From Macrostomum lignano (lineage: Eukaryota): DNA of 64,000 nt. Shown piece by piece: positions 61,963-64,000 of the stretch. A program made the position numbers and the translations under genes. The stretch spans positions 30,316-94,315 of the forward strand of contig NIVC01002126.1 in the NCBI GenBank assembly GCA_002269645.1, given 5' to 3'. The notes under the pieces were generated by a model, which was not told the DNA's origin, ran no database searches, and saw nothing but the letters and a program-made list of their open reading frames with translations. Position 1 is the stretch's first letter, and each line of letters starts with the position of its first letter.

Positions 61963-62324
61963 TGCTTTTGAGCCCAGACTTCGCGCCAAAGTGTAGTAGG
62001 AAGCGGTAAGGCGTGCCTTAGGTGCACCGGCGGTCCGAGTACAGTTGGAAGGCGCCAGAGTGTGATTACGCCATTTTGCACAACCACTTGCCTGTTGCCA
62101 CCCAGAAGGCATTGCGCATCGATACACTTTCTTGCAAACTCTTCCAGTCGTTCCTTCAGGCTGCCCAAGTGGCAAAACTGGTGGACGGTGAGCTCCATGC
62201 CAGGCAGACCTGGTCGATACTCTTCATCAAATTTGTACCACTTTCTGATGCTGATGCACTTCGAGTGCGACCTGACGCCGATTCGAAATCTGTTCGATAA
62301 TGTCTTGAAGTTCATTTTGTTCAC
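61878..62324 (-). CDS. PC4/Sub1-like ssDNA-binding protein with two tandem PC4-type repeats
   Basis: LSNRFRIGV...ISIRKWY...YRPGLPGMELTVHQFCHL matches the PC4 pattern R.V.V..F.G...IDIRE.Y....KPG.KGISL..EQW..L; weaker second repeat LGGNRQVVV...ITLWR...LPLPTTLWREV; ATG probably at 62315. Confidence 0.72.
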   Translation of the reverse strand: MNKMNFKTLSNRFRIGVRSHSKCISIRKWYKFDEEYRPGLPGMELTVHQFCHLGSLKERLEEFARKCIDAQCLLGGNRQVVVQNGVITLWRLPTVLGPPVHLRHALPLPTTLWREVWAQKQWVLDKMTSESLRSSHRSAIHGIPPYGI

Positions 62325-62834
62325 TGTGAGCTTTCCTTCCGGCTGTGTGCGAGATTATATACGACGAGAGTTGGTAAGTAACACCAGCTCCCGCTCCATA
62401 GCAATAACCAATCCGAACCCCGAATCCAACCCCACACAACAGCCCTCTCGCAGGAACTCTCGGCAAATCAGGAGCCCTTCCGGGGACCACTCAGCCATTT
62501 AGAAACCAGCTCCTGTTCCATAGCAATAACTAATCCGAACCCCAAATCCAACCCCCACACAGCAGCCCTTTCGCAGGAACTCGGGCCTTAACAAAGTCTC
62601 AGCCATCAACGTAACAGGAGGTGGCGGGACCTTCTTGCGGCCCTCTGGCCGCCAAGAAGTAGCGTTCTAGGTCTAACGACCTCACGCTGTACCCGCCACA
62701 GCAAGATACAGTACAACCAAAGCATGGAATGAGGGTTTTGCCTTGGCTAGCTTTAAAGGCGGTAAGTGAGACAGGTAATAAGACTTGGGTTTAGGAATTA
62801 GGAGGGGGAATTGGTTTTGGTTAGGGTACAGGAT

Positions 62835-63310
62835 AGAAGGACCTTGCTACATGGGATGGGCAAGGCGTAGGATAGGAGGGGGCCTTGGTATGGGATGCAT
62901 GGGGTGCAGGACAGGAGGGGGTCTTGGTATGGGATGCACGGGGTGCAGGACAGGAGGGGTGTAGGACAGGCAGGGGGTCTTGGTATGGGATGCATGGGGT
63001 GCAGGACAGGAGGGGTCTTGGTATGGGATGCACGGGGTGCAGGACAGGAGGGGGTCTTGGTATGGGATGCACGGGGTGCAGGACAGGAGGGGTGTAGGAC
63101 AGGAGGGGGCCTGGTTTGGGGTCGGGGTGGGTGCGTGGGTTTGGGGTCGGGATTGGGTGCGTGGCGGTGGTGGGTTTGGGGTCGGGGTGGGTTTGGGGGT
63201 CGGGGTGGGTTTGGCGTCGGGTGGGCGTCTTCGGGCGCCCTCTCCCCTCATTGGCCGGGTGCCCCGGCCAATCCGTGCGATGGCGGTAGAGGGTACCACT
63301 TTCCTACTAT
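62835..63310 (-). repeat. Right terminal inverted repeat of the Polinton, with expanded subterminal repeats
   Basis: Reverse complement of the left TIR; extra GGTATGGGATGCAYGGGGTGCAGGACAGGAGGGG units; terminus CCTACTAT (one base short of CCTACTACT). Confidence 0.92.
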
Positions 63311-63422
63311 GAGAGAGAATTGAGAACTTCTACTACACTTTTATTCCGACTTTTTGCTGTTCTAAATTCTCCTTTTTTTAAAGAACTTACACTTGTAAAT
63401 TAAAAGCTGTGGATTACATGTA

Positions 63423-63622
63423 TACTCAGCAACATTGAAAAGTCGCCACCCTCCATCTTAATATACTAAAAATAAAAATCTTGCTTGCTTTGTTTGTATC
63501 CTAGATACTAAAAATGGTCTGTCGGTATCTAGGTGGGTAGGCCGTATGTAATCCATTTCAGAAATTACTGAGCTAAAATTTACTGCGCAATCTCAAACGT
63601 GACCTTTAAATGTTGTTGAGTA
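63423..63622. mobile_element. Tc1-derived MITE (200 bp)
   Basis: TA|TACTCAGCAACATTGAAAAGTC ... GACCTTTAAATGTTGTTGAGTA|TA (3 mismatches between TIRs); TIR closely related to the Tc1 remnant at 48809. Confidence 0.82.
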
Positions 63623-64000
63623 TATATGTTGTCGATAGATTTATGCATGTATCTTGCAGTTTTCTCTAGATTTTCAGTAAAATATGTCAACATACAAGTA
63701 TAGCAATTTCGCAAGCAAGTAAAAAAAGTTTCGCAATTTCTTTGCGTACAGTGCCTAAATCTATAGGTCACATCATGGTTAGCGATAGTCGCCCAAAAAC
63801 GCGAAGTTTGAACTGTCTGTCAGATCAAAACTGCCATGTTTTTCTTGCATTACAGTAACGCAAAGATTAATCGAGGAATAGTTTGCTTAGCAACGAGTCA
63901 GCGACATGTAGCTTGTACATATTAACGAGCAGCTATTCTACGTTGGCTTTTTCTTAGACAAATATTTAACCAAAACTGATGAAAAATTCATCCTTGGCTG

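Larger units (their letters stand above)
52176..63310 (+). mobile_element. Polinton/Maverick (adintovirus-like) endogenous DNA virus, 11,135 bp, probably defective
   Basis: TIRs at both ends (AGTAGTAGGAAAGTGGTACCCTCTACCGCCATCGCAC), 6-bp TSD GAGAGA (52170-52175 and 63311-63316), and pPolB, INT, mCP, MCP, PRO, ATPase, PW and PZ homologs. Confidence 0.96.

Noticed and set aside
48809-63622. One giant Tc1 composite element enclosing the Polinton
   Set aside because: The TIR-like copies at 48809 and 63423 are in the same orientation, and the 63423 copy pairs locally with 63601-63622 as its own MITE

Overview
Eukaryotic (metazoan, invertebrate-type) genomic DNA, not prokaryotic. It shows GT-AG introns, many minisatellites and MITEs, and GC-richer exons; the style resembles a free-living flatworm such as Macrostomum, but that is inference only. 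Host genes reconstructed by hand from splice sites and motifs: a 2-exon rhodopsin-type peptide GPCR (5756-7647, -), a 5-exon Mad/Mxi/Mnt-like bHLH-ZIP repressor (26140-30296, +), a 4-exon MBOAT lysophospholipid acyltransferase (34436-38681, -), a Ly6/quiver-like three-finger protein (41292-42055, +, first exon not found) and an intronless secreted protein (51173-52111, +). The main feature is an 11.1-kb Polinton/Maverick (adintovirus-like) endogenous virus at 52176-63310, with terminal inverted repeats and a 6-bp GAGAGA target-site duplication. It carries a deleted pPolB, an intron-containing integrase, minor and major capsid proteins, a protease, a packaging ATPase, PW, PZ and a DEDD-like nuclease. 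Unusually, it also carries an intact TATA-binding-protein (TBP) homolog facing an intact double-PC4-domain gene, i.e. a possible element-encoded basal transcription module. All family assignments come from recalled motifs, not database searches, and single-base frameshifts may be assembly errors.
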